Shown: one piece after another, positions 56,101-64,000 of the stretch
How positions within the stretch are numbered: position 1 is the first letter of the stretch
How the letters are laid out: the number at the start of each line of letters is the position of its first letter
Assembly: GCA_963728825.1 (NCBI GenBank)
Contig: CAVSLA010000003.1
Location: 208,361-272,360 of the forward strand
Length of the DNA stretch: 64,000 bases
Reading direction: 5' to 3'
Source of the DNA: an uncultured Acidobacteriota bacterium
GTDB lineage: Bacteria; Acidobacteriota; Vicinamibacteria; Vicinamibacterales; CAVVIG01
The notes under the pieces: model-generated
What the model was told of the DNA's origin: nothing
Seen by the model: only the letters and a program-made list of their open reading frames with translations
Database searches by the model: none
Program-made: the position numbers and the translations under genes

Positions 56101-56646
56101 CTACTTCGGGAGCTGTTTGATGCCCAGCGCCTTCAGCTTGTTCGCGAGGTCCGCGCCGGCCGTGCCGGCGGCGACCGCTTTGTCGATATCGAGAATCTTG
56201 CCGTCCGGCCCGATGTAGAAGGTCCAGCGGCGCGCCAGACCCGTGGGCCCGAGCACGCCGTACTTCGTGGCCACTTCCTTCGACGGATCGCTCAACAGCG
56301 GAAAGTCCGCGCTTTCCTTTTCCGCGAACGCCTTGTTCTCCTCCGGCTTGTCGACGCTGATCATGAAATACGCGACGTCGAAACCGCGAATCACCGGGCC
56401 GTTGTCACGCAACGACCTGCATTCGGCGGTTCAACCAGCGGTGAACGCCTTCGGAAACCAGGCGAGGACAATCGCCTTTCCCTTCAACCCCGCGAGCGAA
56501 TACGTTTTGCCATCGGTGCCCGGCAGATTGAAATCCGGGGCGGCATCGCCCGCCTTCAGCTCCTGTGCCAGCGCGGGCTTGGCCGACAGCAGGCCGCCGG
56601 CAATGGTGACTGCCAGCGACAACATGCGAAGTGCTTGTTTCATCAC
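56101..56646 (-). CDS. secreted BCP-type peroxiredoxin with in-frame TGA at the peroxidatic Cys position (Sec candidate or nonsense mutation)
   Basis: Track ORFs 56431-56646 and 56101-56412 are in the same frame. The junction reads WFPKAFTAG-TGA-TAECRSLRD, compared with E. coli BCP ..TPGCTVQACGLRD. Confidence 0.7.
56397..56417 (-). other. candidate bacterial SECIS-like hairpin
   Basis: On the mRNA: ggucguug-cguga-caacggcc, an 8-bp stem (one G-U pair) starting 13 nt after the UGA. Confidence 0.35.
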
Positions 56647-56670
56647 GACTACCCCTTCCTGGCGACGCGC

Positions 56671-56696
56671 GGCGGGTCCAAAAGGACCCGCCCTAC
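56671..56696. repeat. REP-like palindrome variant GGCGGGTCC-aaaa-GGACCCGCC-CTAC
   Basis: Read directly. Intergenic. Confidence 0.7.
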
Positions 56697-56698
56697 AT

Positions 56699-57736
56699 CT
56701 ACTTCACGGTGACTCGTACTCGGGCGCTGGTCCAGCAGCACTGATCGCCGCCGCCGCCCGGACCCGACTGATCGTTGGCCGTGACGAGAATCGCGTACTC
56801 GCCCGGCTGGCTGAATGTGGCTTGCGTCGTCGCGCGCATCACGAGCTTCGCGTCGCGCTTGTTGAACAGCAACGACCGCTCCTCGGAGAACTTGATATCG
56901 GCGGGGCCACGATACCTCTGCCACAGGATCGTGACGTCACCGCGCGGCTCGTTACCGCGCCCGCCGCCACCACCACCACCACCGCCGCCCCCTCCGCCGC
57001 CACCGCGCCCGCCACGTCCGCCGGCAGCAGCGCCAGCCGCCGCCGGATCGCCGCCACGGCCGCCGCGGCCGCCGGCGTCGGCAGTCGTCGTCGCGGGGGG
57101 AGGAGCGCCGCGCCCTTCTGGTTCATCGGACGGCTTGTCGGTGACCCACAGGTTCAGCGCCAGCGGCTGATTCACGGTGGCGGTCAGTGTCTGGGACCAT
57201 CCGGTCACCGGACCCTGCAGCGCCGGACCGGTCTCGGTGAAACGCATCACCGGCGTCTCGTTGCCGTTCGCCGTGTTCTGATAAAAGTCGATCCAGTACG
57301 GAGGGTTTTTCCAGCCGGTGACCTGCGTCTTCTGACCGTTGGCGTTGATCGTCCACGTGTAGCGCTTGTTGCCGAAATCCTTCGGCACCTCGATCGCGAA
57401 CACTCCGTACTGCCGGCGCGACAGGAAATGCGTCGGCTGGCCGAGGTCCGGTCCGTTCGGCTCCAGCGTGTTATTAGGGCCAATCGGAATATCGAGAATC
57501 TGATCCTGGTTCCGGTTGTAGTAGCCGAAGAGGAGAACTTCCTTGCCGTCCTTGGTGGGACCCCATCCTTCGAAGGCCGCGTAGACAGCCTCGCCGCGAA
57601 CGCCGAGCGGCTCGAGCGGCAACGGCGCCGGCGACTGGGGTGGCTGCTGCGCCTGACCCGCACCGACGATGACCCAACTTCCGAGAGCACCCACTACCGC
57701 CAGGGCCGCGATCGCGGACCGAGACGCCGCCTGCAT
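56699..57736 (-). CDS. secreted partner protein, paralog of 7321-8250, with (G)16-containing RGG tract
   Basis: GGAGG upstream and a signal peptide. It shares blocks with the paralog and has the same C-terminal PGEYAILVTANDQSGPGGGGDQCCWTSARVRVTVK. Confidence 0.8.
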   Translation of the reverse strand: MQAASRSAIAALAVVGALGSWVIVGAGQAQQPPQSPAPLPLEPLGVRGEAVYAAFEGWGPTKDGKEVLLFGYYNRNQDQILDIPIGPNNTLEPNGPDLGQPTHFLSRRQYGVFAIEVPKDFGNKRYTWTINANGQKTQVTGWKNPPYWIDFYQNTANGNETPVMRFTETGPALQGPVTGWSQTLTATVNQPLALNLWVTDKPSDEPEGRGAPPPATTTADAGGRGGRGGDPAAAGAAAGGRGGRGGGGGGGGGGGGGGGRGNEPRGDVTILWQRYRGPADIKFSEERSLLFNKRDAKLVMRATTQATFSQPGEYAILVTANDQSGPGGGGDQCCWTSARVRVTVK

Positions 57737-57783
57737 TGCCTACCTCCGTATCCCCTGTGATGTGTGGTGGAGACGTACACAAT

Positions 57784-57838
57784 CAGTCGCCAGCCGCCAG
57801 TCACAATTTCGTGACTGAGGACTGGCGACTGGCTGGAC
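57784..57838. repeat. heptamer-periodic hairpin (cagtcgc cagccgc cagtcac / gtgactg aggactg gcgactg)
   Basis: 21-nt arms with 17/21 complementary and a 6-nt loop. It sits between the two genes of module copy 2. Confidence 0.8.
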
Positions 57839-57845
57839 AAATGAT

Positions 57846-57914
57846 GCCGGGCCTTTGAGGCCCGGCCTTAACCCTACCTGCGTGCAGCCGTCAGGCCCAA
57901 GAGGCCCGACCTAC
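57846..57914. repeat. two REP-like palindromes (GCCGGGCCT-ttg-AGGCCCGGC; GTCAGGCC-caaga-GGCCCGAC-CTAC)
   Basis: Read directly. The second overlaps the stop codon at 57911-57913. Confidence 0.65.
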
Positions 57915-59269
57915 TGCTGTTGCTGCTGTTGCTGCGTGTTGCGCTGCGTCTTCTGACGACGGGCTTCGACTTCCGCCTCGAAGTCCTTGTCTTCCAGGTA
58001 GGTCACGTTGACCCACGCGTGCGCCATCTCGTCCACCGTGCGGTCGCCGTAGCCGACCCAGACGTTCGGATCCGGGTTGGCCTTGTTGGCCGCGGTGTTG
58101 TCGTGCCACGCCGTGACCTTGATGATCGTCCCCTTCGGGAAGAGCGGCGCGGCGTCCTCGGTGAACTGATACATGTTGTGCCAGTTGAAGTTGAAGTCGG
58201 CAACGTGGCTGATGACCTGCGTCTGGCCGGTCGGCAGAATCGCTTCCATCGCCATCGCCTTGCCGCGCAGGTGCATATGCGGCTGATAGCTTTCGATGCG
58301 CCCGTTCTGCCGGAGCACGAAGAAGCCCTGGGTCATCTTGACCTGGTTTGGCGGAATGTCGACGCCGCCCGCGTTGGTGCCGCCCATCAGATGGAGCACC
58401 TGGCGGAACTTCGGCTCCTGGCCCTTCGGGTAGAAGTAGACGCCGAGCTCGGCCTGATCGGTGATGTCCTCGCCGCCATTGGAGTAGTGGATGTCCCAGA
58501 TGATCCTCGCGCCGGCCTTCATCAGCTTGCCGCTGCCCGGCCGCATGATCTCGCCCTGCTTGCCGACGGCCCATTCCATGAAGGTGCCGGCGATCGGACG
58601 GCCGTCCGGATCGAGGTTCTGCGCGAGCGGGTCGTTCTCATCCTGCTGGAGGCGCGCGATCGCGTGATGCGTAATCTTGCGGCCCTTCACCGAGCCGGGA
58701 CGAATCTCGATGGCGCGGACCCAGCGGTCTTCGGTGAGGCCGCTGTCGACCGACGGCTTCCACCACGCGTCATTCTGTCCGGCCTTGTGCGTCCACGGTG
58801 TGGACTTGACGATGAGATCGGGCTCGGTCTGACCGAACATCGCCGCGAAGTTCCAGCTCTGATCGTCGGGCCACTGCTTCGGCGCCGGCATGTCCTTCAC
58901 GTCGCCCTTCGGCGCGCCCTGATCGACCCAGCGGGCGATCGTTTCGATCTGATCGTCGTTCAGCGAGCGATCGTTGGCGAACTGCTGAATACCAACGGTC
59001 TTGTCGAGGTGCCACGGCGGCATCTGACGGGCGGTGACCCGCGTCTTGATCGAGCGCGCCCACGGACGCGACTCTTCATAACTGACAAGGGACATCGGCG
59101 CGATCGAATTCGTCCGATGGCACGCTTCGCATTTTTCCTGGAAAATCGGAGCAATGTCCTTAGTGAACGTCGGCTTCGCGACCGGCTCAGCTGCGGCCGG
59201 CGCAGCAACGACAGCGGCAAACGCCGCAGCCATCGTCGCAACCCCCAAGGCCCTCGTCATTCCTCTCAT
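57911..59269 (-). CDS. secreted c-type heme / PHM-like copper monooxygenase fusion, paralog of 8367-9716
   Basis: CEACH, MPPWH, ITHHAI, WDIHY, PHMHLRGK and RTVDEMAHAW are all retained. By eye about three quarters of positions are identical to copy 1. Confidence 0.8.
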   Translation of the reverse strand: MRGMTRALGVATMAAAFAAVVAAPAAAEPVAKPTFTKDIAPIFQEKCEACHRTNSIAPMSLVSYEESRPWARSIKTRVTARQMPPWHLDKTVGIQQFANDRSLNDDQIETIARWVDQGAPKGDVKDMPAPKQWPDDQSWNFAAMFGQTEPDLIVKSTPWTHKAGQNDAWWKPSVDSGLTEDRWVRAIEIRPGSVKGRKITHHAIARLQQDENDPLAQNLDPDGRPIAGTFMEWAVGKQGEIMRPGSGKLMKAGARIIWDIHYSNGGEDITDQAELGVYFYPKGQEPKFRQVLHLMGGTNAGGVDIPPNQVKMTQGFFVLRQNGRIESYQPHMHLRGKAMAMEAILPTGQTQVISHVADFNFNWHNMYQFTEDAAPLFPKGTIIKVTAWHDNTAANKANPDPNVWVGYGDRTVDEMAHAWVNVTYLEDKDFEAEVEARRQKTQRNTQQQQQQQ

Positions 59270-59288
59270 CGCGGTCTCCTTTTTGCCC

Positions 59289-59300
59289 TATCTCGAGATA
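59289..59300. promoter_or_regulatory. perfect 12-bp palindrome TATCTCGAGATA upstream of PHM-like copy 2
   Basis: It lies 20-31 nt upstream of the ATG at 59269. An A/T-rich context in a GC-rich genome. Confidence 0.25.
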
Positions 59301-59394
59301 AAAACTATCAGCACCTTAGCATCGCAAGCCCCCGCAGTCCAGTGACTTTCGTGGAATTCGGGTACCACGATTACGACGGCCCGCGGGGGGCTGT

Positions 59395-60810
59395 TTACAT
59401 CGTTGCAACCGCGCCTGAGCCTGATGGGCGAAAGAAAGAAGAAAGTGCCTTTGTCAACTCCACCAGAAGGCTTTCCCCGTCCTGCCTCAACATCGTCCCG
59501 AACTGACGCGACAACGACTCCAACACACGCTGAATCTCTGCGGCAGCCGGCTGATCGGGCCGGCGCGGCAGGCCGTTCTCATCGAGGACCACGGGATGCA
59601 GCCGGACCGTCCGCAAGCCGTCGGGCTCGAAGGTCAGCACCGCAAGCACCGATCCCCTGGCGGCACCGGAATCGGACGCTGCCGGCGGGCCCGGGGCGTC
59701 CCGCGACGAGGTCGCACCGAGGGCCAGCGTGTACAGATCGGTGCCGGCGTCGAACCCGGCACGGACGCCCGAAGAAGTCTGATAGATGAAATTGCCGACG
59801 CTGTAGAAAATGACGCCGCCGTTGTACACCTCGATGCCACGCAGTCGGTGCGGGCCATGGCCGACGATCGCATGTGCCCCGGCATCAATTGCGCGGCGCG
59901 CAAACCGCCGCAGGAATTCCGCCGGCTCGGGACTCGCGTTGGTCGGCTCGTGGCTGTGTACCGAGACGATGACGACTTCCGCTTCTGCACGAGCAGCCTT
60001 GACCTGATCGAGAATTTCCCGCTCGTCGCGTTCGTCGACGAGAAAATCGACGACCGTCCGATCGCCTTTCTTGATGGTCGTCCCGAACAGCGAGAGCTCA
60101 GTGCCTGCGGCCCCGTCACGGGTCACCGGGCCGGCAACAGGGTTCAATACAGACGCGGCGTCCCTGAGCGTGTCGAACGTCTTTGCGTCGACGGTCACGT
60201 CTGCGGCATAACGCAGCGGATTCAGGCCCGGCCGTCCCTGGATATCACCGCGTGAGGCGCTGGCGCGGGAACCCGGCGACGACGAGGTGGCGACGGCAAT
60301 GATGCTGATGCGCCCTCCGACGTGAAGCGGTGCGCGGGCCGCGGCGAGGTCGGGGCCGGTCCCCACGTGCAGCAGGCCGGTCGCGTCGAGCACCCGCCGC
60401 GTCGCCATCAGCCCCTCGACGCCGTAGTCGGTCGCATGGTCGTTGGCCAACGAGACGACGTCGATGCCAAGCGCCCGCAGCGCGGTGACGTCGCGCGGCC
60501 GCGCAAACGGCCAGACGGCGGCGTCGTCCGCGGGCGGGGCTTGCTCGAGGACGTTCATGTCCAGGTTGGCGAACGCGAGGGTGGCGGTCGACACGATGTC
60601 GCGGACTGCCGTAAATGCCGCATCGCGCGACTCGACCGGCCGCGTCAGCACGGTATCGCCGGCCACGGCTATCGTGATTGGGCCGGTAGCTGGAACCTCC
60701 ACAGGAGCGGTAACGCGGTCGCCGCAGGCCGCGGTCGCTAACACGATGCAGAAGCTGAGGAACTTAAAAATTGAGAAGCTGAGGATCTGAGGAATTGAGG
60801 ATTGTTCCAC
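59395..60810 (-). CDS. CapA-family (PGA_cap metallophosphatase-like) protein
   Basis: ITIAVAGDTVL, SLANDHATDYG and SVHSHE blocks. The N-terminal signal/lipobox region is encoded by heptamer-repeat DNA. Confidence 0.75.
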   Translation of the reverse strand: MEQSSIPQILSFSIFKFLSFCIVLATAACGDRVTAPVEVPATGPITIAVAGDTVLTRPVESRDAAFTAVRDIVSTATLAFANLDMNVLEQAPPADDAAVWPFARPRDVTALRALGIDVVSLANDHATDYGVEGLMATRRVLDATGLLHVGTGPDLAAARAPLHVGGRISIIAVATSSSPGSRASASRGDIQGRPGLNPLRYAADVTVDAKTFDTLRDAASVLNPVAGPVTRDGAAGTELSLFGTTIKKGDRTVVDFLVDERDEREILDQVKAARAEAEVVIVSVHSHEPTNASPEPAEFLRRFARRAIDAGAHAIVGHGPHRLRGIEVYNGGVIFYSVGNFIYQTSSGVRAGFDAGTDLYTLALGATSSRDAPGPPAASDSGAARGSVLAVLTFEPDGLRTVRLHPVVLDENGLPRRPDQPAAAEIQRVLESLSRQFGTMLRQDGESLLVELTKALSSFFRPSGSGAVATM

Positions 60811-60836
60811 AGGTCCTCAGTTCCTCAGGTCCCCAG

Positions 60837-61865
60837 CTACTGTCCAGACAGGTAGGGTTTCAGCGACGCGAAGCGGAACTCGATCTCGTCGATCGCATCC
60901 GGCGGCAAGGTGACCTGGTTGATCTTCGGCGGCTGGCCTGCGACCAGTGCGCCGGCGCGGGTGACCGTCGTCTTGAAGATGCCGCGCTTTTTCATGACGT
61001 ACAGGCTGGTGCCGGGCACCTGTTCGTCGAGATTCCGCATCAGCAGGAACTTGCTGTAGGCATCGCGCAGTTCCTCGCCTCGGCCGCGCGTATGCAGATC
61101 CCACATCCGCGCCATCAGGTCGGCGTACATCGCGTTGCCGGTGATCACGCCGTCCAGGCCGAGGCGCATCTCGTACAGCCAGCCGACACCGAAACTGGCG
61201 CCGAACACGCCGCGCATCGGCGGCCGCTGCCGGACTTCCTCGCGCATGCGATCGAGGACCGGCACGCTTTCCTCTTTGACGTAGCCGCAGTTCGAGAACT
61301 CGCGGGCGAGCTCGACGATCATCTCGACCGGCGGGACGAGGTTGCGCGCGCCGCCGCTGGTCTGCAGGATGACCGGCCGCCGCGCCCGCCCGGCGAGCGC
61401 GCGGAAATAACTGCGGTAGTCGTCGAGCGAGGTGGCACTGGTCGGCGGCATCGCGATGACCGCATCCGGCGCCAGCGCTTCGGCCCGATCGGTGAACTCG
61501 AGCATCTCGGCGGTGTCGCGGCCCTGGACTCCGAGCACCAGCGCGGTCTTCCGGCCCTGGACCGCCTTGGCCAGCACTTCCATGCCGCGCAGCCGCTCGT
61601 CCCTGGTCAGCGTCGCCACGGCGCTCGATCCCTGGGGCCAGACCACACCCTGGCAGCCGCCGCGATCGACGAATGCCACTTCACGCGCGAGATCCTCCCA
61701 GTCCACCATGCCGTTCGCCGTGAACGGGGTATGAAGGATCATGAAGGCGCCGCGCAGCGGTTTGCCGGCGGCTTCGGCCGCGCCGCCCTTCAAATGGGCG
61801 GCCACCGCCGTGGCGGCCATGGTGGCGAGGAATTCGCGACGGGACGTCAGCAGAGACATCGTCAT
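60837..61865 (-). CDS. dihydrodipicolinate synthase/N-acetylneuraminate lyase family protein with Tat-like N-terminus
   Basis: SRREFLATMAATAVAA followed by a DapA-like TIM barrel pattern (GVVWPQGSS, TLTRDER, YVKEES). Confidence 0.75.
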   Translation of the reverse strand: MTMSLLTSRREFLATMAATAVAAHLKGGAAEAAGKPLRGAFMILHTPFTANGMVDWEDLAREVAFVDRGGCQGVVWPQGSSAVATLTRDERLRGMEVLAKAVQGRKTALVLGVQGRDTAEMLEFTDRAEALAPDAVIAMPPTSATSLDDYRSYFRALAGRARRPVILQTSGGARNLVPPVEMIVELAREFSNCGYVKEESVPVLDRMREEVRQRPPMRGVFGASFGVGWLYEMRLGLDGVITGNAMYADLMARMWDLHTRGRGEELRDAYSKFLLMRNLDEQVPGTSLYVMKKRGIFKTTVTRAGALVAGQPPKINQVTLPPDAIDEIEFRFASLKPYLSGQ

Positions 61866-61984
61866 TGGGAATTTACAATGGGAAATTTACAATGACGGAT
61901 CATGGGTTCGCCGGATTGGCTCGTTCGACGATCTTTGTCCGACATTTTGCATCGTAAATTCCCAATTGTAAATTTTCCGATCCG

Positions 61985-64000
61985 CTAGAACCCGAGACGC
62001 GCCCCGAACTGGAACTGCCGTGGGAAGCCGCCGCCTCGGAGCGCAGTCGGCACCAGGAAAGTGCCTGACACCCGCCGATCGCCGCTCGGGTTGTTGAAAT
62101 TGGCCCGATCGGTGAGGTTGAAGATCTCGCCGTAGATATCGATCGTCCGTCCCCGAATCGGCTGCACGCGGTAGCTCAGACGGACGTCGACCTGAGCGAA
62201 GTCGGGACCGATCGCGCCGCCGACGCCGCCTTTGTTTTCCACCGTCATCGCATTCTGTCCGGTTCCGGAATAGGTCCCGGCCGGCAGCGGCTCCTGGAAA
62301 TTGCCGTTGCGATCGGGATCGGTCGTGCTGTCGGTGAGCGTGAACGGAGTCCCACTCATCACCCGCATGATCGCCGAGGCGTTCAACCCGGTAATCCACG
62401 GCATCTCGACCCGCCCGCTCAATGACAGCACGTGCCGGCGAGCATTGGGACCCCAGACCAGATTCCGCTGGTCGAGCACCTGGAAGGCCGCCGAGCCGGT
62501 ATTTGCCCGGCCATGGGCGAGCGCGTACGAGACCCTGGCGCCCCAGTAATTGGAGAACCGCTTTTCGAGCTGCACCGTGAGGCCGTCGTACTCTGACTCG
62601 CCGATGAACTCGCTGATGAGCACGCTGCTGGCGAACGGCGAAAGGCCCATCTGCGCCGCGAGCCCGGTGATGTCCACCCGTACCGGAGTCGATGTCCGAC
62701 TCGTCGTCGGCCGCAGGTTGGGATTGAGGTTGTAGCTAATCGGCTGCTGCCGGTTCGAGATGTGCACGTAGTCGGCCCCGAACGAGAACTGCTGCCCCAG
62801 CTGCCGCTCGTAGCCGATCGACACCTGGTGCTGCTTCGGCAGCACGCGGTCCGGCGTATCGAGATTTACCGTCGCGGTGTTTCGCGAAAGCGACCCGGCG
62901 GGAACGAGCCGGTTGATCAGGTCGCGATTCAGCACCGGCCCGTTCACCAGCAGCGGATCGGTCGGGAACCGGCCATTGTCAGGTCCCGGATCGACACCGT
63001 TCACCGGGAACTGCGCGATGAACGAGTCGCTGAACACGGCATTCAGCAGGAAGTTCTCGAAACGATCGATCCATTGCTTCTCGTAGAACATCCCGTAGCC
63101 GCCGCGGATCACCGCCCGGCCGCCGATGTTGTAGGCGAAACCGACGCGCGGCTGGAGGTTGTTCCGGTCGACCGGGTAGTCGTTCGGATCGGCAAAAAAC
63201 GGATTCCAGGTGTTCCGGAGCGGCGAGACGTGCACGTCGTAGCGCAGGCCGAGGCTCAACGTGAGATTGGAGGTGGCCTGCCACTTGTCCTGGCCGTAGA
63301 GGCCGATCGAATGGGTCCGCGTCAGCAGGTGCGCCGGCGCCGGCACCCTAATCCGCAGTCGCTCGGGATACGTGAACGGATTCGCTGGATCGAAGTCCAG
63401 GTCGGTACTGAAGTCGAAGGCGCCGTTCGTATATCGCTGGTCATGGCGCAGGTGCTCGCCGAGTTGATACTGCGCTCCGATCTTCAGATCGTGGCTGCCG
63501 CCTCGTCCCGGGATGAACCAGGAGAACGTGTTGTCGAAGCCATAAACCTGCATCGTACGGACGTCGGCGTACTCGTTGCCGGCCTGATCGTAAAAGCTGT
63601 TGAACTGGAGCATCGGCGGCGCCTGCGTGTAGTCCTTGGTCTCGTGGTACAGCGCCGATCCGCGATCCGGACTCTCGTAGACGTACGACGCGCGCATCGT
63701 GTTCAGTTTCCGGCTGCCGATCACCCAGTTGTAGGTCCCGACCATCGTCTTGTCGTTGTCGATCTCGGTATAGAGGGTGTCTTTCGTCCCGTCGCCAAGC
63801 ACCTGGTTGCGGTTCGGCTGGTGATCCCACAACACGCGGACCGAATAGTTGTGGTTGCTGTTCAGCTGCTGATCGACGCGGCCCATGTAGTTGTAGAAAT
63901 TCGTCTCCTGGACCGCCGTAAAGTTCTTGTCGGGCCTCGTGTTGTAGACGCGCGTCCGGCCTTCGTTGAGCCCCTGCCGCTCGAAGCTGAAGAAGAAATG
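61985..64000 (-). CDS. TonB-dependent receptor, C-terminal 671 codons (N-terminus outside the window)
   Basis: The frame is open to the window edge. Beta-barrel repeats and a terminal ..FQFGARLGF. Confidence 0.85.
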   Translation of the reverse strand, partial: HFFFSFERQGLNEGRTRVYNTRPDKNFTAVQETNFYNYMGRVDQQLNSNHNYSVRVLWDHQPNRNQVLGDGTKDTLYTEIDNDKTMVGTYNWVIGSRKLNTMRASYVYESPDRGSALYHETKDYTQAPPMLQFNSFYDQAGNEYADVRTMQVYGFDNTFSWFIPGRGGSHDLKIGAQYQLGEHLRHDQRYTNGAFDFSTDLDFDPANPFTYPERLRIRVPAPAHLLTRTHSIGLYGQDKWQATSNLTLSLGLRYDVHVSPLRNTWNPFFADPNDYPVDRNNLQPRVGFAYNIGGRAVIRGGYGMFYEKQWIDRFENFLLNAVFSDSFIAQFPVNGVDPGPDNGRFPTDPLLVNGPVLNRDLINRLVPAGSLSRNTATVNLDTPDRVLPKQHQVSIGYERQLGQQFSFGADYVHISNRQQPISYNLNPNLRPTTSRTSTPVRVDITGLAAQMGLSPFASSVLISEFIGESEYDGLTVQLEKRFSNYWGARVSYALAHGRANTGSAAFQVLDQRNLVWGPNARRHVLSLSGRVEMPWITGLNASAIMRVMSGTPFTLTDSTTDPDRNGNFQEPLPAGTYSGTGQNAMTVENKGGVGGAIGPDFAQVDVRLSYRVQPIRGRTIDIYGEIFNLTDRANFNNPSGDRRVSGTFLVPTALRGGGFPRQFQFGARLGF

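Noticed and set aside
1-64000. tRNA, rRNA, tmRNA, RNase P or riboswitch elements
   Set aside because: Scanning the intergenic regions by eye, I saw no T-loop-like GGTTCGAATCC-type sequences, rRNA-like stretches or recognisable riboswitch cores. A covariance-model scan would be needed to exclude small RNAs.

Overview
This is a high-GC bacterial chromosomal segment, roughly two-thirds G+C by eye. It is densely coding and mostly housekeeping or envelope functions. The gene content suggests an Acidobacteriota-like soil bacterium: a DUF1592/DUF1552 pair with PSCyt-type CXXCH domains, a TIGR03435-like remnant, an orphan MacB-type permease with HlyD adaptors, and a TPR Ser/Thr kinase. This taxonomic call is inference only. 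I found no rRNA, tRNA or CRISPR array by eye. About 60 coding regions can be supported. Three of them are shorter than 60 aa and so absent from the ORF track: an SmtA-like metallothionein, a zinc-ribbon peptide and a secreted peptide. The most interesting signal is a secreted protein that fuses a c-type heme domain to a copper monooxygenase domain. That domain carries all six Cu ligands of peptidylglycine alpha-hydroxylating monooxygenase (PHM) at PHM-like spacing. The protein occurs twice (8367-9716 and 57911-59269), each time followed by the same unknown secreted partner protein with an RGG/poly-Gly tract. One copy lies 3 kb from a secreted NHL propeller that matches the PAL (amidating lyase) half of animal PAM block by block, with an OPT oligopeptide transporter between them. 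Together these could be a split periplasmic peptide-amidation-like system. Other observations:
- A peroxiredoxin has an in-frame TGA exactly at the peroxidatic Cys codon, followed by a hairpin (selenocysteine candidate).
- A 4-kb block (50.1-54.2 kb) carries at least 14 frame or nonsense lesions in four consecutive genes.
- An IS630-family element is inserted with a TA duplication into the loop of a REP-like palindrome.
- A REP-like palindrome family has covarying stems, including copies inside coding sequence.
- Many intergenic arrays have strict 7-nt periodicity, often arranged as inverted arms.

All homology statements rest on motif recognition from memory, not on searches.
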